A stretch of DNA of 39,767 nt, from the sequence record DRR378314_1572, one strand, 5' to 3'. Position 1 is the stretch's first letter; the number at the start of each line of letters is the position of its first letter. The notes beneath the pieces were generated by a model. That model worked only from the letters and a program-made list of their open reading frames with translations, made no database searches and was not told the DNA's origin. This document shows, one piece after another, positions 27,762 to 37,634 of this stretch. The translations under genes were made by a program, and so were the position numbers.

Positions 27762-27974
27762 GTTTTGTTTCCTCCCCTCGGGCCGCTTTTGTGCTGACCT
27801 CGAGCAATTTTTGCCGAGCCGGCCTCTTTTGGGCCTGCTTCAAGTGTCATCAGAATGCATTCGTGACGGGTCTGTCAACATGACGCAGGGGTAATGGATG
27901 CAATAAAAATCGGGGTGTTAAAAATGTAACGCCTCCGCTTGGCCCGCTTCCCCATGCCTGTTACAGGCGCAGAC

Positions 27975-28682
27975 ATGTCACAATTGCTTCCAGCTGCTCT
28001 CGTTCTGTTTTCCGGAGGACAGGATTCCACGACCTGCCTCGCCTGGGCGCTTTCGCGGTATGAGCGAGTCGAAACCGTGGGATTCGACTATGGTCAGCGC
28101 CACCGGATCGAGCTGGAATGTCGCGAGACTGTTCGCTCTGGGCTGGCCGCCCTCAATACCGATTGGGGTGCCCGTCTGGGGGCGGACCACATGCTGGATG
28201 CGACTGTCCTGAAGTCGCTCGGTGAAACCGCGATGACGCACGAGGTCAGCATCGAGATGACTGAGGCGGGGTTGCCGTCTACCTTTGTGCCGGGTCGCAA
28301 TCTGCTGTTCCTGACGCTGGCCGGGGCGCTCGCCAGCCGCAGGGGAATTGCGGTCCTGGTCGGCGGTATGTGCGAAACGGACTATTCCGGCTATCCGGAC
28401 TGCCGGGCCGACACAATGGCGGCGCAGGCCGAGACCCTGCGGCTCGGCCTGGATGTTCCCATGCAGATCGAGACGCCCCTGATGTATATCGACAAGGCGG
28501 AAACCTGGGCGCTGGCGGATACGCTGGGCGGGCAGGGGCTGGTCGATCTGATCGCGGAAGATACCCATACGTGTTATCTTGGCGAGCGGGGCGCACGGCA
28601 CGAATGGGGATATGGCTGTGGCACATGCCCCGCGTGCGAGTTGCGGGCAAAGGGGTGGGAAAGCTGGAAAAACGCCAGCTAG
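27975..28682 (+). CDS. queC: 7-cyano-7-deazaguanine synthase
   Basis: [35 protein letters not shown]...GCG.CPAC.LR. Confidence 0.95.
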   Translation: MSQLLPAALVLFSGGQDSTTCLAWALSRYERVETVGFDYGQRHRIELECRETVRSGLAALNTDWGARLGADHMLDATVLKSLGETAMTHEVSIEMTEAGLPSTFVPGRNLLFLTLAGALASRRGIAVLVGGMCETDYSGYPDCRADTMAAQAETLRLGLDVPMQIETPLMYIDKAETWALADTLGGQGLVDLIAEDTHTCYLGERGARHEWGYGCGTCPACELRAKGWESWKNAS

Positions 28683-28812
28683 ACCGATTTGCGCGTTACA
28701 GCCAAAACAGCCATATAAGCTGGACTTTTCAGGGTTTTTCCACCATTTGAGGGCGCTTGATCGCCCCGCGCCAATGGGCGTGCGCCCCTGAACCAGACCT
28801 GACCTTGAGACG

Positions 28813-29232
28813 ATGACCACTCAGACCGACCAGACCAGCCAGAATTCTGCTGCGACCAATCCGGAAGGCAGCGTGTTCGCGATCTCGAAATCGGTGAATT
28901 TCGAGGCTGCTCACTATATGGGCGGCAAGCCTGAAGGGCACCCATATCGCAATGTTCACGGGCATTCCTTCGTGCTTGAGGCGACTGTTGCCGGAACCGT
29001 CAAGCCGGGTGAGCAATGGGTTGAGGATTTCTCTCATTTGACCGCGTGCCTGCAAGAGACTGCGGCGAAGCTGGACCACAAGCTGCTGAACGACATTGAA
29101 GGGCTTGAAGTGCCGACGCTGGAGCGGATTTGCCTTTGGGCGGCCGCTGACCTGAAGGCCGGCCTGCCGGGATTGACCAAAGTCGCCATCTCCCGGCCCA
29201 GCCTGAATGAACGGTGCGAACTGGTGCTTTAG
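28813..29232 (+). CDS. queD: 6-carboxytetrahydropterin synthase (QueD/PTPS family)
   Basis: FEAAH, HGHS, LDHKLLND..GLEVPTLE; adjacent to queC. Confidence 0.85.
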   Translation: MTTQTDQTSQNSAATNPEGSVFAISKSVNFEAAHYMGGKPEGHPYRNVHGHSFVLEATVAGTVKPGEQWVEDFSHLTACLQETAAKLDHKLLNDIEGLEVPTLERICLWAAADLKAGLPGLTKVAISRPSLNERCELVL

Positions 29233-29720
29233 CTGCCCGACGGCGTTCCGGCGGTCAGTTCCTTCACGAATTTGCGGGCAAACCGGTCAGAGGCGCGTTT
29301 CGCATCCTGCCAGGTCGAAATACCGGCATAGCGGATATCAGTCTCGTACCAGTCATAGGTCAGATCGCCTGTCGCATTGCCATCTGCGTCATACGCAGTG
29401 GCAGACAATTTCATGCCCCCAATGCTTTTTGAGCTGCCATAATCCAGACCCGGCGTGTCACCGAGCTGTTTGAAAGTTGGCTTGTTCGGCATGGCATCCA
29501 AGATTGTCACCTCGATGCGCGGAATGTCCAGCCCGGCCTCGCCGAGTTCACGATCCAGATCATCCTTCACGGCATCGATCAGATAGTCGGCCTCTCGCAT
29601 GCCGTAATCATCTTCGAGTTCTTCGGTGAATTCCGGGCTGAAGCCGACATTGATCTCGCCCGCCAGCGCAATCGGCGCGGCCAGAAGGGCAAGGGCGGCA
29701 AGGGGCGTAAACCGTTTCAT
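29229..29720 (-). CDS. conserved hypothetical exported protein
   Basis: Signal peptide MKRFTPLAALALLAAPIALA; GGAG RBS. Confidence 0.75.
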   Translation of the reverse strand: MKRFTPLAALALLAAPIALAGEINVGFSPEFTEELEDDYGMREADYLIDAVKDDLDRELGEAGLDIPRIEVTILDAMPNKPTFKQLGDTPGLDYGSSKSIGGMKLSATAYDADGNATGDLTYDWYETDIRYAGISTWQDAKRASDRFARKFVKELTAGTPSGS

Positions 29721-29810
29721 TGGAGTATCTCCTGAACTGTTGTGTTTACACTCTATCATGCCGGTCGAACCTGTAGAAGTCACAGGCCTGTGAGCGAGCC
29801 TATCAGAGGT

Positions 29811-30122
29811 TCAGATGCTGCCTTCGTGCTCGACCACCAGGATGCGGGCTTCCCCCCGGGGATGGGCGACATGTTCACACCCGATCCCGGCGAAGAAGAC
29901 GTCTCCCGTTTCCAGCGTCACGATCTTCTCGGTGCCGTCTTCGCGGTAATGCATGTCAACCACGCCATCGAGCACGGCGAACACTTCCTCACCTTCGTTG
30001 ACGTGCCAGATATAGGGCTGATCGGTCCAGTGCAGGCGCGTTGTGATCCCGGCCATATTTGCCACGTCGACCGCACCCCATGCTTTGGGCGCGGTAAATG
30101 CCTTGCCGCGGATGATCTTCAT
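29811..30122 (-). CDS. cupin domain protein
   Basis: WHVNEGEEVFAVLDG...GDVF......EHVAHP. Confidence 0.88.
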   Translation of the reverse strand: MKIIRGKAFTAPKAWGAVDVANMAGITTRLHWTDQPYIWHVNEGEEVFAVLDGVVDMHYREDGTEKIVTLETGDVFFAGIGCEHVAHPRGEARILVVEHEGSI

Positions 30123-30202
30123 GGTCGTCGTTCCCTAATGCAGTAAGCCGGGCCGCAGAGTGTTGCGGCCCGGTCTCCGACGTATCGCGGCTAGAGGCAA
30201 GA

Positions 30203-30898
30203 TCAAACCGTGTCCACGAACACGATTTCTGCGTCGGCTACACCTTTCAGAGTCACGGATTCCGGGCCCGTAATCGCGGCGCCATCGCGTCCGTTCATGA
30301 CAATACCGTTCAGCTCGATGGATCCATCGGCCAGTACCAGATAACCGTGACGGCCTTCCTTGACCTCATAGGTGAGCGTTTCGCCTTCCTTCAGTGTCGC
30401 GCCGAGTACGTTGGCATCCTGATTGATGACGAGGCTGTCGTCTGCGCCGTCGCCGGAGGCGAGCACCGCCCAATTTCCGGAGCGTTCCCCTTTCGGGAAC
30501 TTCCGTGCGCCCCAGCCGGGCTTGCCGCCTGCATGGCGTGGCAGGATCCAGATCTGGAACAGGGTCGTTTCTTCGTCTTCGGCGTTCCACTCCGAGTGCT
30601 GCACACCATCGCCAGCGCTCATCACCTGCACGTCGCCAGCCTCGGTACGGCCGGTATTGCCCATCGAATCCTTGTGGGTGATCGCACCTGTGCGGACATA
30701 GGTGATGATCTCCATTGAGCTGTGCCCGTGCGGCGGAAAGCCTGTATGCGGCTGGATCGTGTCATCATTCCAGACGCGCAGGGCACCTTCGCCCATCCGC
30801 TTCGGATCATGGTAGCCCGAGAAGGAAAAGTGATAATTGGCGTTCAGCCAGTCGTTCTGGAACCGGCCAAGCTGTTTGAAGGGTCTGTGTTCAATCAT
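30203..30898 (-). CDS. pirin family protein (YhhW-like)
   Basis: FSFSGYHDP, LRVWNDD, GFPPHGH..MEIITYV, H.DSMGN, MSAG.GVQHSE. Confidence 0.92.
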   Translation of the reverse strand: MIEHRPFKQLGRFQNDWLNANYHFSFSGYHDPKRMGEGALRVWNDDTIQPHTGFPPHGHSSMEIITYVRTGAITHKDSMGNTGRTEAGDVQVMSAGDGVQHSEWNAEDEETTLFQIWILPRHAGGKPGWGARKFPKGERSGNWAVLASGDGADDSLVINQDANVLGATLKEGETLTYEVKEGRHGYLVLADGSIELNGIVMNGRDGAAITGPESVTLKGVADAEIVFVDTV

Positions 30899-31033
30899 GG
30901 CGATATCCTTTCGCTCGTGTTGCAGCGAATATGACGTGTCCGGGCGCAGCCTGAAGAGCGCAGCCAGCCATCACACCTATGCATGCCGTGCATAAGTGGA
31001 AACGGGCCCGAAACCAGCTAGGTTCCGTCCGGC

Positions 31034-31924
31034 ATGACTCTGTCCATTGTTCACCATGTTGATTATGACGCGAAAACCGTCGCGGATGACCATCGTTTCC
31101 CGATGCGCAAATATGCGCTCGTGGCCGAGTTTCTCCGCGAGGCAGGCCATAGCTTCATAGAGCCACAGGCCGCATCGGAAGACTGGCTGCACCTCGCGCA
31201 TGACGAGGCCTATGTCACCGCCATCCTGACCCAAACGCTTGATGCAAAGGCCGCCCGCAAGGTCGGCTTCGAGATCACGCCGGCCATCGCCCGGCGCTCG
31301 GCTGCGTCGGTTGGCGGCACATGCCTTGCCGCGCGCCTTGCGCTGGAGCAGGGGGCCGCGGTGAACCTTGCCGGCGGCAGCCATCATGCCGGGCCCGACG
31401 GCGGGGCGGGGTTCTGCGTGTTCAATGATGTTGGCGTTGCCGGAAAGCTCCTGCTGGAAACGAAGGAAGTGCGCCGTGTGGCCGTCATTGATTGCGACGT
31501 GCATCACGGTGACGGCACGGCGCTGATCTTCCGCTACGATCCGCGCGTCTTCACCGCCTCGCTGCATTGCGAACAGAACTGGCCGCGCGAGAAGCCGCCC
31601 TCTGATCTGGACATCGGCCTGCCAAAGGGCACGGGCGATGCGGCCTATCTTTCCGCGCTGGAAGATCTTGTCGATGCCGCCCTCGGCACCGCGCCGGACA
31701 TTGTCTTCTACAATGCTGGGGTCGATCCGCATGCAGAAGACCGTCTGGGCCTGCTGTCCCTCAGCGATGAGGGCTTGCGCGCGCGGGACGGTTTCGTGGC
31801 CAAGGTCTGCCGCTCAGCCGGCATCCCGCTCTGCGGCGTCCTCGGCGGCGGCTATGCCCGCGACGCCCGCGCCGTCGCCCGGAGGCATACGTTTCTGGTT
31901 GAGGCGCTGGGCGCGGCTGCGTGA
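31034..31924 (+). CDS. histone deacetylase family protein
   Basis: [39 protein letters not shown]. Confidence 0.92.
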   Translation: MTLSIVHHVDYDAKTVADDHRFPMRKYALVAEFLREAGHSFIEPQAASEDWLHLAHDEAYVTAILTQTLDAKAARKVGFEITPAIARRSAASVGGTCLAARLALEQGAAVNLAGGSHHAGPDGGAGFCVFNDVGVAGKLLLETKEVRRVAVIDCDVHHGDGTALIFRYDPRVFTASLHCEQNWPREKPPSDLDIGLPKGTGDAAYLSALEDLVDAALGTAPDIVFYNAGVDPHAEDRLGLLSLSDEGLRARDGFVAKVCRSAGIPLCGVLGGGYARDARAVARRHTFLVEALGAAA

Positions 31925-31973
31925 AGGCACCCAGCCTCTTGCCCCGACTCACTTGCGTCGCCACAAGAGACAG

Positions 31974-33809
31974 ATGCCTGCCCAGCCAACCCTCGATGAT
32001 GCCCGCGCGCTGCTGAAGCGTGTCTATGGCTATGACGCCTTCCGGGGGCTGCAGGAGGCGGTGATCTCGGATGCGCTGGCGGGGAAGGATGGCCTTGCCG
32101 TGTTACCGACCGGCGGTGGCAAGTCGCTTTGCTATCAGATCCCGGCGCTGCTGCAGGACGGGGTCGGCATTGTCGTCTCGCCGCTGATCGCGCTTATGGC
32201 GGACCAGGTCGATGCGCTGAAACAGGTCGGTGTGCGCGCCGAACGGCTCGACTCCTCGATGGATTTCAATGCCCGGGCTGAAGCACTGGAGGCAGCTGCG
32301 CGCGGCGAGATGGATCTGCTCTATGTCTCGCCCGAAGGCATGGGCACGGGGCTGGCCCAGCGCCTTTCCCAGATGAACATCTCGCTGATCGCCGTGGACG
32401 AGGCGCACTGTGTCAGCCAGTGGGGCCATGATTTCCGCCCGGACTATCGCGCGCTGGGCCGGCTGAAGGATTTGTTCCCCGGCGTGCCGCGCCTGGCCGT
32501 GACGGCGACCGCAGACACCCGTACACGCGAAGACATTCTTGAGCAGCTCGACCTGACGAAGCCCGCCGTTCATGTCGCGAGCTTTGATCGGCCGAACCTT
32601 GCGCTTGCCGCAGAGCCGAAGGAAGGCAACCGCGCCCAGCGCGTTGTCTCTCTCGTCAAGGCGCGGCCGGGCCTCTCCGGCATTGTCTACGCCGCCACCC
32701 GCAACGCCACCGAAGACCTTGCAGAGGCGCTGGAGCGGGCCGGGATTTCCTCGCTCGCCTATCATGCGGGCCTTGATGCGGACGTGCGGGCCGAGCGCCA
32801 GCGGCGTTTCCTGCTTGAAGACGGGCTCGTCATGTGCGCGACCGTCGCGTTCGGCATGGGCGTCGACAAGCCGGATGTGCGCTTTGTCATCCATGCCGAC
32901 CCGCCCAAGACGATGGAAGCCTATTGGCAGGAAGTTGGCCGCGCGGGCCGGGATGGCGAGCCTGCCGAGGGCGTGGCCCTCTATGGCCCAGCAGACATGC
33001 GCCGCTCGCTCAGCTGGACTTATGAGAGCGATGCACCCGAAGCGGTCAAGCGCGTGCAGATCACCAAGACACGGCAGCTGTTTGCCTTTTTCGATGGGGA
33101 TGATTGCCGCCGCGCAGCGGTGCGTCGTTATTTCGGGGAAGAGGGGGTAGAGGCCTGCGGGGCTTGCGATATCTGCCGGGGCGAGAGCGGTGACCCTTAT
33201 GATGCGACGCGCTGGGCGCAGATGGCGGTCTCAGCTGTCCTGCGCTGCGGCCAGAAGATCGGCCGGGGGCGCCTGATCAATCATTTGCTGGGGCAGGCGA
33301 AGGACAGTTTCGACGAAGAGCTGTCCACCCAGTCGACCTATGGCATCGGCAAGAACATGCCCAAACAGGGGTGGAGCCGTGTGTTCGATGCGCTGCTCTA
33401 TGATGGCGTTCTGGCCGAAGGCGGCGAGATGAACCGCCCGGCCATGATCGTGCCGGATGCCGAGGCCGCCCGCGCGCTGTTCCGGGGCGACCGCACGCTG
33501 ATGCTGCGCGCCGATCCGGCCGCCACGCGCAAACGCTCGAAAGGCAAGAGCCGCGTCGCGGCGCAGGCCCTGGCTGACATGTCGGAGCGTGATCAGGCCC
33601 TGTTCGACAATCTGCGCATCTGGCGCACGGAAACGGCGAAGACGCGCGGCGTACCGCCTTACGTTATTTTTCATGACCGAACCCTCGCCGAGATCGCCCG
33701 CGAACGTCCCAATGGCGCAGATGAGCTGCGCCTGATCAGCGGTGTCGGCGAGAAAAAGGCCCAGCGCTACGCCGAAGACGTGTCGCGGATTATCAGCGAA
33801 GCGGCCTAG
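31974..33809 (+). CDS. recQ: ATP-dependent DNA helicase RecQ
   Basis: [47 protein letters not shown], zinc-binding Cys, HRDC ([12 protein letters not shown]); start taken at ATG 31974. Confidence 0.95.
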   Translation: MPAQPTLDDARALLKRVYGYDAFRGLQEAVISDALAGKDGLAVLPTGGGKSLCYQIPALLQDGVGIVVSPLIALMADQVDALKQVGVRAERLDSSMDFNARAEALEAAARGEMDLLYVSPEGMGTGLAQRLSQMNISLIAVDEAHCVSQWGHDFRPDYRALGRLKDLFPGVPRLAVTATADTRTREDILEQLDLTKPAVHVASFDRPNLALAAEPKEGNRAQRVVSLVKARPGLSGIVYAATRNATEDLAEALERAGISSLAYHAGLDADVRAERQRRFLLEDGLVMCATVAFGMGVDKPDVRFVIHADPPKTMEAYWQEVGRAGRDGEPAEGVALYGPADMRRSLSWTYESDAPEAVKRVQITKTRQLFAFFDGDDCRRAAVRRYFGEEGVEACGACDICRGESGDPYDATRWAQMAVSAVLRCGQKIGRGRLINHLLGQAKDSFDEELSTQSTYGIGKNMPKQGWSRVFDALLYDGVLAEGGEMNRPAMIVPDAEAARALFRGDRTLMLRADPAATRKRSKGKSRVAAQALADMSERDQALFDNLRIWRTETAKTRGVPPYVIFHDRTLAEIARERPNGADELRLISGVGEKKAQRYAEDVSRIISEAA

Positions 33810-34549
33810 ATCGTGTCGGCTGAAGCCAGCTTAATGCCGCCGAGGCGGCGTACCATCGCGTAGAGGAACAGGGAGACACCAGCAATCTCGCAAGTTTCTT
33901 CGATGAGCACAAAAACGTCGCCGACAAGCGTCGCTTCTCCCGCGCGTGCCAGACCATTTGCATCGTAGTAGACCGACGCGACCTGCTCCAGCCCAACCGC
34001 CCCGCACACAAAGATAAAGCCGGACAGGGCGAACAGGAGCTGGCTGGACCGGTCCAGGTTCAAATACCACCTGACCATGAACAGACCGATGATGCCCATG
34101 ACAATGAGATAGGGGATTTCAAATCCCGTATAAGGCATGAAACCTTCGGGCAGGATTGCGCGCATGGAATTGGTTATGCGCTCATGGATGCGGATGTTTT
34201 CATCGAAGCTGAGCAGGACGAACACCAGGCCAACGGTGAGCCAGGGTAGTTTGCTCCGACGATCGCCCGGTGTCACGGCTGCGGTGAAGAAAGCCATCAT
34301 CGCCGTCGAAAACAGAAGCAAGGAAGACATGAAAGACGGAACATTCATTTCTCCGTCCATATGGAACGTGCCGACAAAGCCGAAGGCGTGCTCGCGTCCA
34401 AGTCCATATTTCAGGATGAGTGCCGCAATATGCGCAGACACCAGAAACAGCGTGATTGCGATCAGAGCCTTGGCAACCGAGTGCTCTGAAATCGTCGCCT
34501 CGGTAGCCGTCGGACGGCCGATTTGTTGTGTAGTGATGCTCGAAACCAT
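33806..34549 (-). CDS. multi-pass membrane protein of unknown function
   Basis: About 7 hydrophobic helices; polar motifs E.NVP, SFDE...IHE and IEETCE. Confidence 0.75.
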   Translation of the reverse strand: MVSSITTQQIGRPTATEATISEHSVAKALIAITLFLVSAHIAALILKYGLGREHAFGFVGTFHMDGEMNVPSFMSSLLLFSTAMMAFFTAAVTPGDRRSKLPWLTVGLVFVLLSFDENIRIHERITNSMRAILPEGFMPYTGFEIPYLIVMGIIGLFMVRWYLNLDRSSQLLFALSGFIFVCGAVGLEQVASVYYDANGLARAGEATLVGDVFVLIEETCEIAGVSLFLYAMVRRLGGIKLASADTI

Positions 34550-34776
34550 GTTGAGCGCCTCGTCCCCCAAGTAAACAAAGTCCTAATATTGGTAGTTATT
34601 TAAAGGTTTCATGACGGTCAAGCTAAGGGTGACGAGATTTCAATTTTTCCGACGCGCTGCAAAAGATTCGGGAAAATTCACGAGGCGTCCTCGGCAAAAG
34701 GCTTTCAGCGCCTTGACCCGGCGGGCAGCGCGCCTCACCTATAGAGCCAACAAGATTTCCCGCTTTCGGAGTTCTC

Positions 34777-35376
34777 ATGAACCTTTTGCACCGCCTCGAT
34801 GACGAGACAGACGAAAAGACCCAGACCGAGCCGAATGCCTTCCTTGAGGAAGCGCTGTTCAAGGCCCGTACGATCCTGCTGACCGGCGGTATCGATTTCC
34901 ACGCCGCGCGCCGGGTCAGCCAGCGCCTTCTGGCCCTGTCCTCGGAAAGCAAGGAGCCAATCCTGCTGGTCCTGTCCTCTCCGGGCGGCCATGTCGAAAG
35001 CGGCGACATGATCCACGACATGATCAAATTCGTCGAAGCTCCGGTGAAAATCCTGGGCACAGGCTGGGTCGCCTCAGCCGGCGCGCTGATATACTCGGCG
35101 GCCAAGAAGGAAAACCGCTACTGCCTGCCGAATACACGCTTCCTGCTTCATGAACCGCGGGGCGGTGTTGGCGGTCAGGCCACAGATGTTGAAATCCAGG
35201 CCCGCGAGATCATCAAGATGCGCGAACGCCTAAACAAGATTTTCGCGGCGGCGACTGGCAAGTCGCTGGAGCAGATCAAGGAAGACACAGATCGTGACTT
35301 CTGGATGAGCGCACAGGAAGCAGTCGATTACGGGCTGGTTGGCCAGATCGTGAATCACCGCAGCGACATCAAGTAA
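34777..35376 (+). CDS. clpP: ATP-dependent Clp protease proteolytic subunit (ClpP2-like paralog)
   Basis: SPGG, VAS(cat)AGA, LLH(cat)EP, DRD(cat)FWMSA.EAVDYGL. Confidence 0.9.
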   Translation: MNLLHRLDDETDEKTQTEPNAFLEEALFKARTILLTGGIDFHAARRVSQRLLALSSESKEPILLVLSSPGGHVESGDMIHDMIKFVEAPVKILGTGWVASAGALIYSAAKKENRYCLPNTRFLLHEPRGGVGGQATDVEIQAREIIKMRERLNKIFAAATGKSLEQIKEDTDRDFWMSAQEAVDYGLVGQIVNHRSDIK

Positions 35377-35407
35377 GCGTTCATCACGCTGACATTTAAA
35401 GACTTCT

Positions 35408-35445
35408 AACGCCCGGTCCTGTTCAGGTCCGGGCGTTTATCTTTC
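35408..35445 (+). terminator. probable terminator after clpP
   Basis: AACGCCCGG-tcctgttcaggt-CCGGGCGTT followed by a T-rich tail. Confidence 0.65.
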
Positions 35446-35524
35446 GTTAGGCATGTGTTTGCCGCGCGTAAAGGTTTATGGCGCAAGGTGGCTTCTTAAC
35501 CTGTTCAAGGACCCCGCCGCCTCT

Positions 35525-37156
35525 ATGCCGGTACGAGTAGAAGACATCGCGGTCGCTGTGCGGCCCATTCCGACCGCTGCCACAATATCCGGGTTAGTCA
35601 CCCGGTTCCTGGCCAATCCGGACCTGTTTGCTGTGCCGATCGTCAGTGATGGTGCGGCGTTGGGCATGGTCACGCGCCGGGCCGTTCTGGAGGCGCTGGC
35701 CACCGTCAGTCTCAGGGAGGCCAACAGCTCGTCTCCGGTTACCAGCATCATGGTCGAGCAACCGGTCATGAGTGAAGCAGGCACGCCGGTTGGCCTTGTT
35801 GCCAAGATCGCTTCGGAAATGTCGAACACAGCGCTGACCGATGGTGTGATCGTATTGGCCGAAGGCAAATATTTCGGCCTCATCAGCCCCGCATCACTTC
35901 TGTCTGCCATCGCCAAGGAAAACACGGCCCGGGCGAGGGCGCTTCAGGTTGCACACAAGCGCCTTCAGCAGAAACAGGGCGAAGCAGGAACCTTTGAGCA
36001 GGAAAAGGCGCAGTTCCTGTCCTTTGTCGGGCACGAGATCCGCACGCCGCTCACCGGCATTCTCGGAGTTGCCGACCTGTTGCAGGACAGCGTGAATGGA
36101 TCTGAGCCGAAGCGACTGGCGCGCACCATTTCCGAAAGCGGGCATCACCTTGACCGGTTGCTCAGCGATCTTCTGGATTTGTCACGCCTTGAAGCCGGGA
36201 AGCTGTCAATCAACAGCGCGCCGTTCGAGCTTGGCGCCTTTGCCAATGAAGCCCGCGACCTGTGGCACTCCCGCATTGCCGGGAAGCGTCTGGACTTGCG
36301 CATTCGTGTTGTCGGGGAGCCGAACATCCGCCTTGAGGGCGACGCGATGCGCCTGCGTCAGATCCTGTTCAATCTGATGAGCAATGCGCTGAAATTCACC
36401 GAGCGTGGCTACATCGGCGTTGAATTGTCGACCTTTGAAGCCGCCGGAAGCCTGAAGCTTCGCATGACGGTTGAAGACACAGGCTGCGGTATCTCCGATG
36501 CGGACAAGGCGCGCCTGTTCGAAGCCTTTGAACAGGCCAGGCCCTCGACCGCTTCAACGCATGGCGGATCCGGGCTCGGCCTGTCGATCGCGAAGGGCCT
36601 TGCCCGCCGCATGGAAGGGGAGATCCTCCTCGCAGACAATCCGGACGGTGGCTCGGTGTTTACCGTCACTATACCCGTGAAACGGGCAGGACCACGCCTT
36701 GCCGTGACAGGTGCGCCGCCAAAGCCCCGGATGCGGGCGTTCGAGCTGGGCCGCATCCTGCTGGCCGAAGACCATGCGGTCAGCGCCCTTGTTGTCACGC
36801 GTGCGCTCTCCGCTGCGGGGTGGCAGGTCGACTCGGTGCAAACCGCAGAGGATGCCATCGCCAAGGCAACCGAGAATACGTATCAGGCCATCCTGACAGA
36901 CATTCACCTGCCGGGCGCGACAGGCGACGACGTGCTGGCGACACTTCGCGACAGCAAAGGGCCAAACGCCTTGGCTCCGATCATTGCGGTGACAGCTGAT
37001 GTCAGCCCCGAGCGGCGACTCGCCTGCCAGCGCGCCGGGTTCACCACCATCATTGAAAAGCCGATCCGGCCCCGCGCGCTTGTGGCGACGCTGGTCGACA
37101 TCCTGCTCGCGGACAAGGCGGCAGCCGCTGAGGCAACTGAATTGCAACGGGCCTGA
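35525..37156 (+). CDS. cytoplasmic hybrid histidine kinase (CBS pair - HisKA - HATPase - receiver)
   Basis: CBS-like segments, GHEIRTPL H-box, NLMSNALKFT, DTGCG, GGSGLGL, receiver ILLAED / ILTDIHLP / EKP. Confidence 0.9.
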   Translation: MPVRVEDIAVAVRPIPTAATISGLVTRFLANPDLFAVPIVSDGAALGMVTRRAVLEALATVSLREANSSSPVTSIMVEQPVMSEAGTPVGLVAKIASEMSNTALTDGVIVLAEGKYFGLISPASLLSAIAKENTARARALQVAHKRLQQKQGEAGTFEQEKAQFLSFVGHEIRTPLTGILGVADLLQDSVNGSEPKRLARTISESGHHLDRLLSDLLDLSRLEAGKLSINSAPFELGAFANEARDLWHSRIAGKRLDLRIRVVGEPNIRLEGDAMRLRQILFNLMSNALKFTERGYIGVELSTFEAAGSLKLRMTVEDTGCGISDADKARLFEAFEQARPSTASTHGGSGLGLSIAKGLARRMEGEILLADNPDGGSVFTVTIPVKRAGPRLAVTGAPPKPRMRAFELGRILLAEDHAVSALVVTRALSAAGWQVDSVQTAEDAIAKATENTYQAILTDIHLPGATGDDVLATLRDSKGPNALAPIIAVTADVSPERRLACQRAGFTTIIEKPIRPRALVATLVDILLADKAAAAEATELQRA

Positions 37157-37164
37157 GCGGAGAC

Positions 37165-37545
37165 ATGCCATTGCCGGACGACAAGCCAGGCCTGCTGATC
37201 GCAGTCGGGCGCGGCCTGCGGTTTCGGTGTCCGCGCTGCGGGAAGGGGCGTCTCTTTCGCGCCTATCTGAAACAGGTGGAGACTTGCGATGAATGTGGCG
37301 AGCCACTGGGACATGTCCGGGCGGATGACGGGCCTGCCTGGCTCACCGTGCTCTCGCTCGGGCCTTTCCTTGTGGCCATCACCTTCTTCGTCTCATTCGG
37401 CCATCTTCCCCTCTGGACCAGCCTTCCCATCGCAATCATCGCGGTAACCGGGGCGGTGCTGATCCTATTGCCCCGTATGAAGGGGGCGTTTATCGCCGCG
37501 CTCTGGCTTTCCGGCTTTGGAAGCCGCGAGAACGACGAAGCCTGA
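37165..37545 (+). CDS. DUF983 family zinc-finger membrane protein
   Basis: RCPRCGKGRLF..YLK....CDECG.....RADDGPAW, LP..KG. Confidence 0.9.
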   Translation: MPLPDDKPGLLIAVGRGLRFRCPRCGKGRLFRAYLKQVETCDECGEPLGHVRADDGPAWLTVLSLGPFLVAITFFVSFGHLPLWTSLPIAIIAVTGAVLILLPRMKGAFIAALWLSGFGSRENDEA

Positions 37546-37634
37546 AAGTCTACGCCATTCGGCATTCAGGGTTGAAATTGCGCGAAGATTTCGCTCTCAC
37601 TTGAGGCAAGACAATTTCAAGTGGGGAGACACGC

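Noticed and set aside
28683-28812. Possible preQ1 riboswitch between queC and queD
   Set aside because: No preQ1 stem-loop or A-rich tail consensus visible
31638-31973. N-terminal extension making RecQ 723 aa
   Set aside because: Overlaps the deacetylase gene and is low-complexity; RecQ homology begins at ATG 31974
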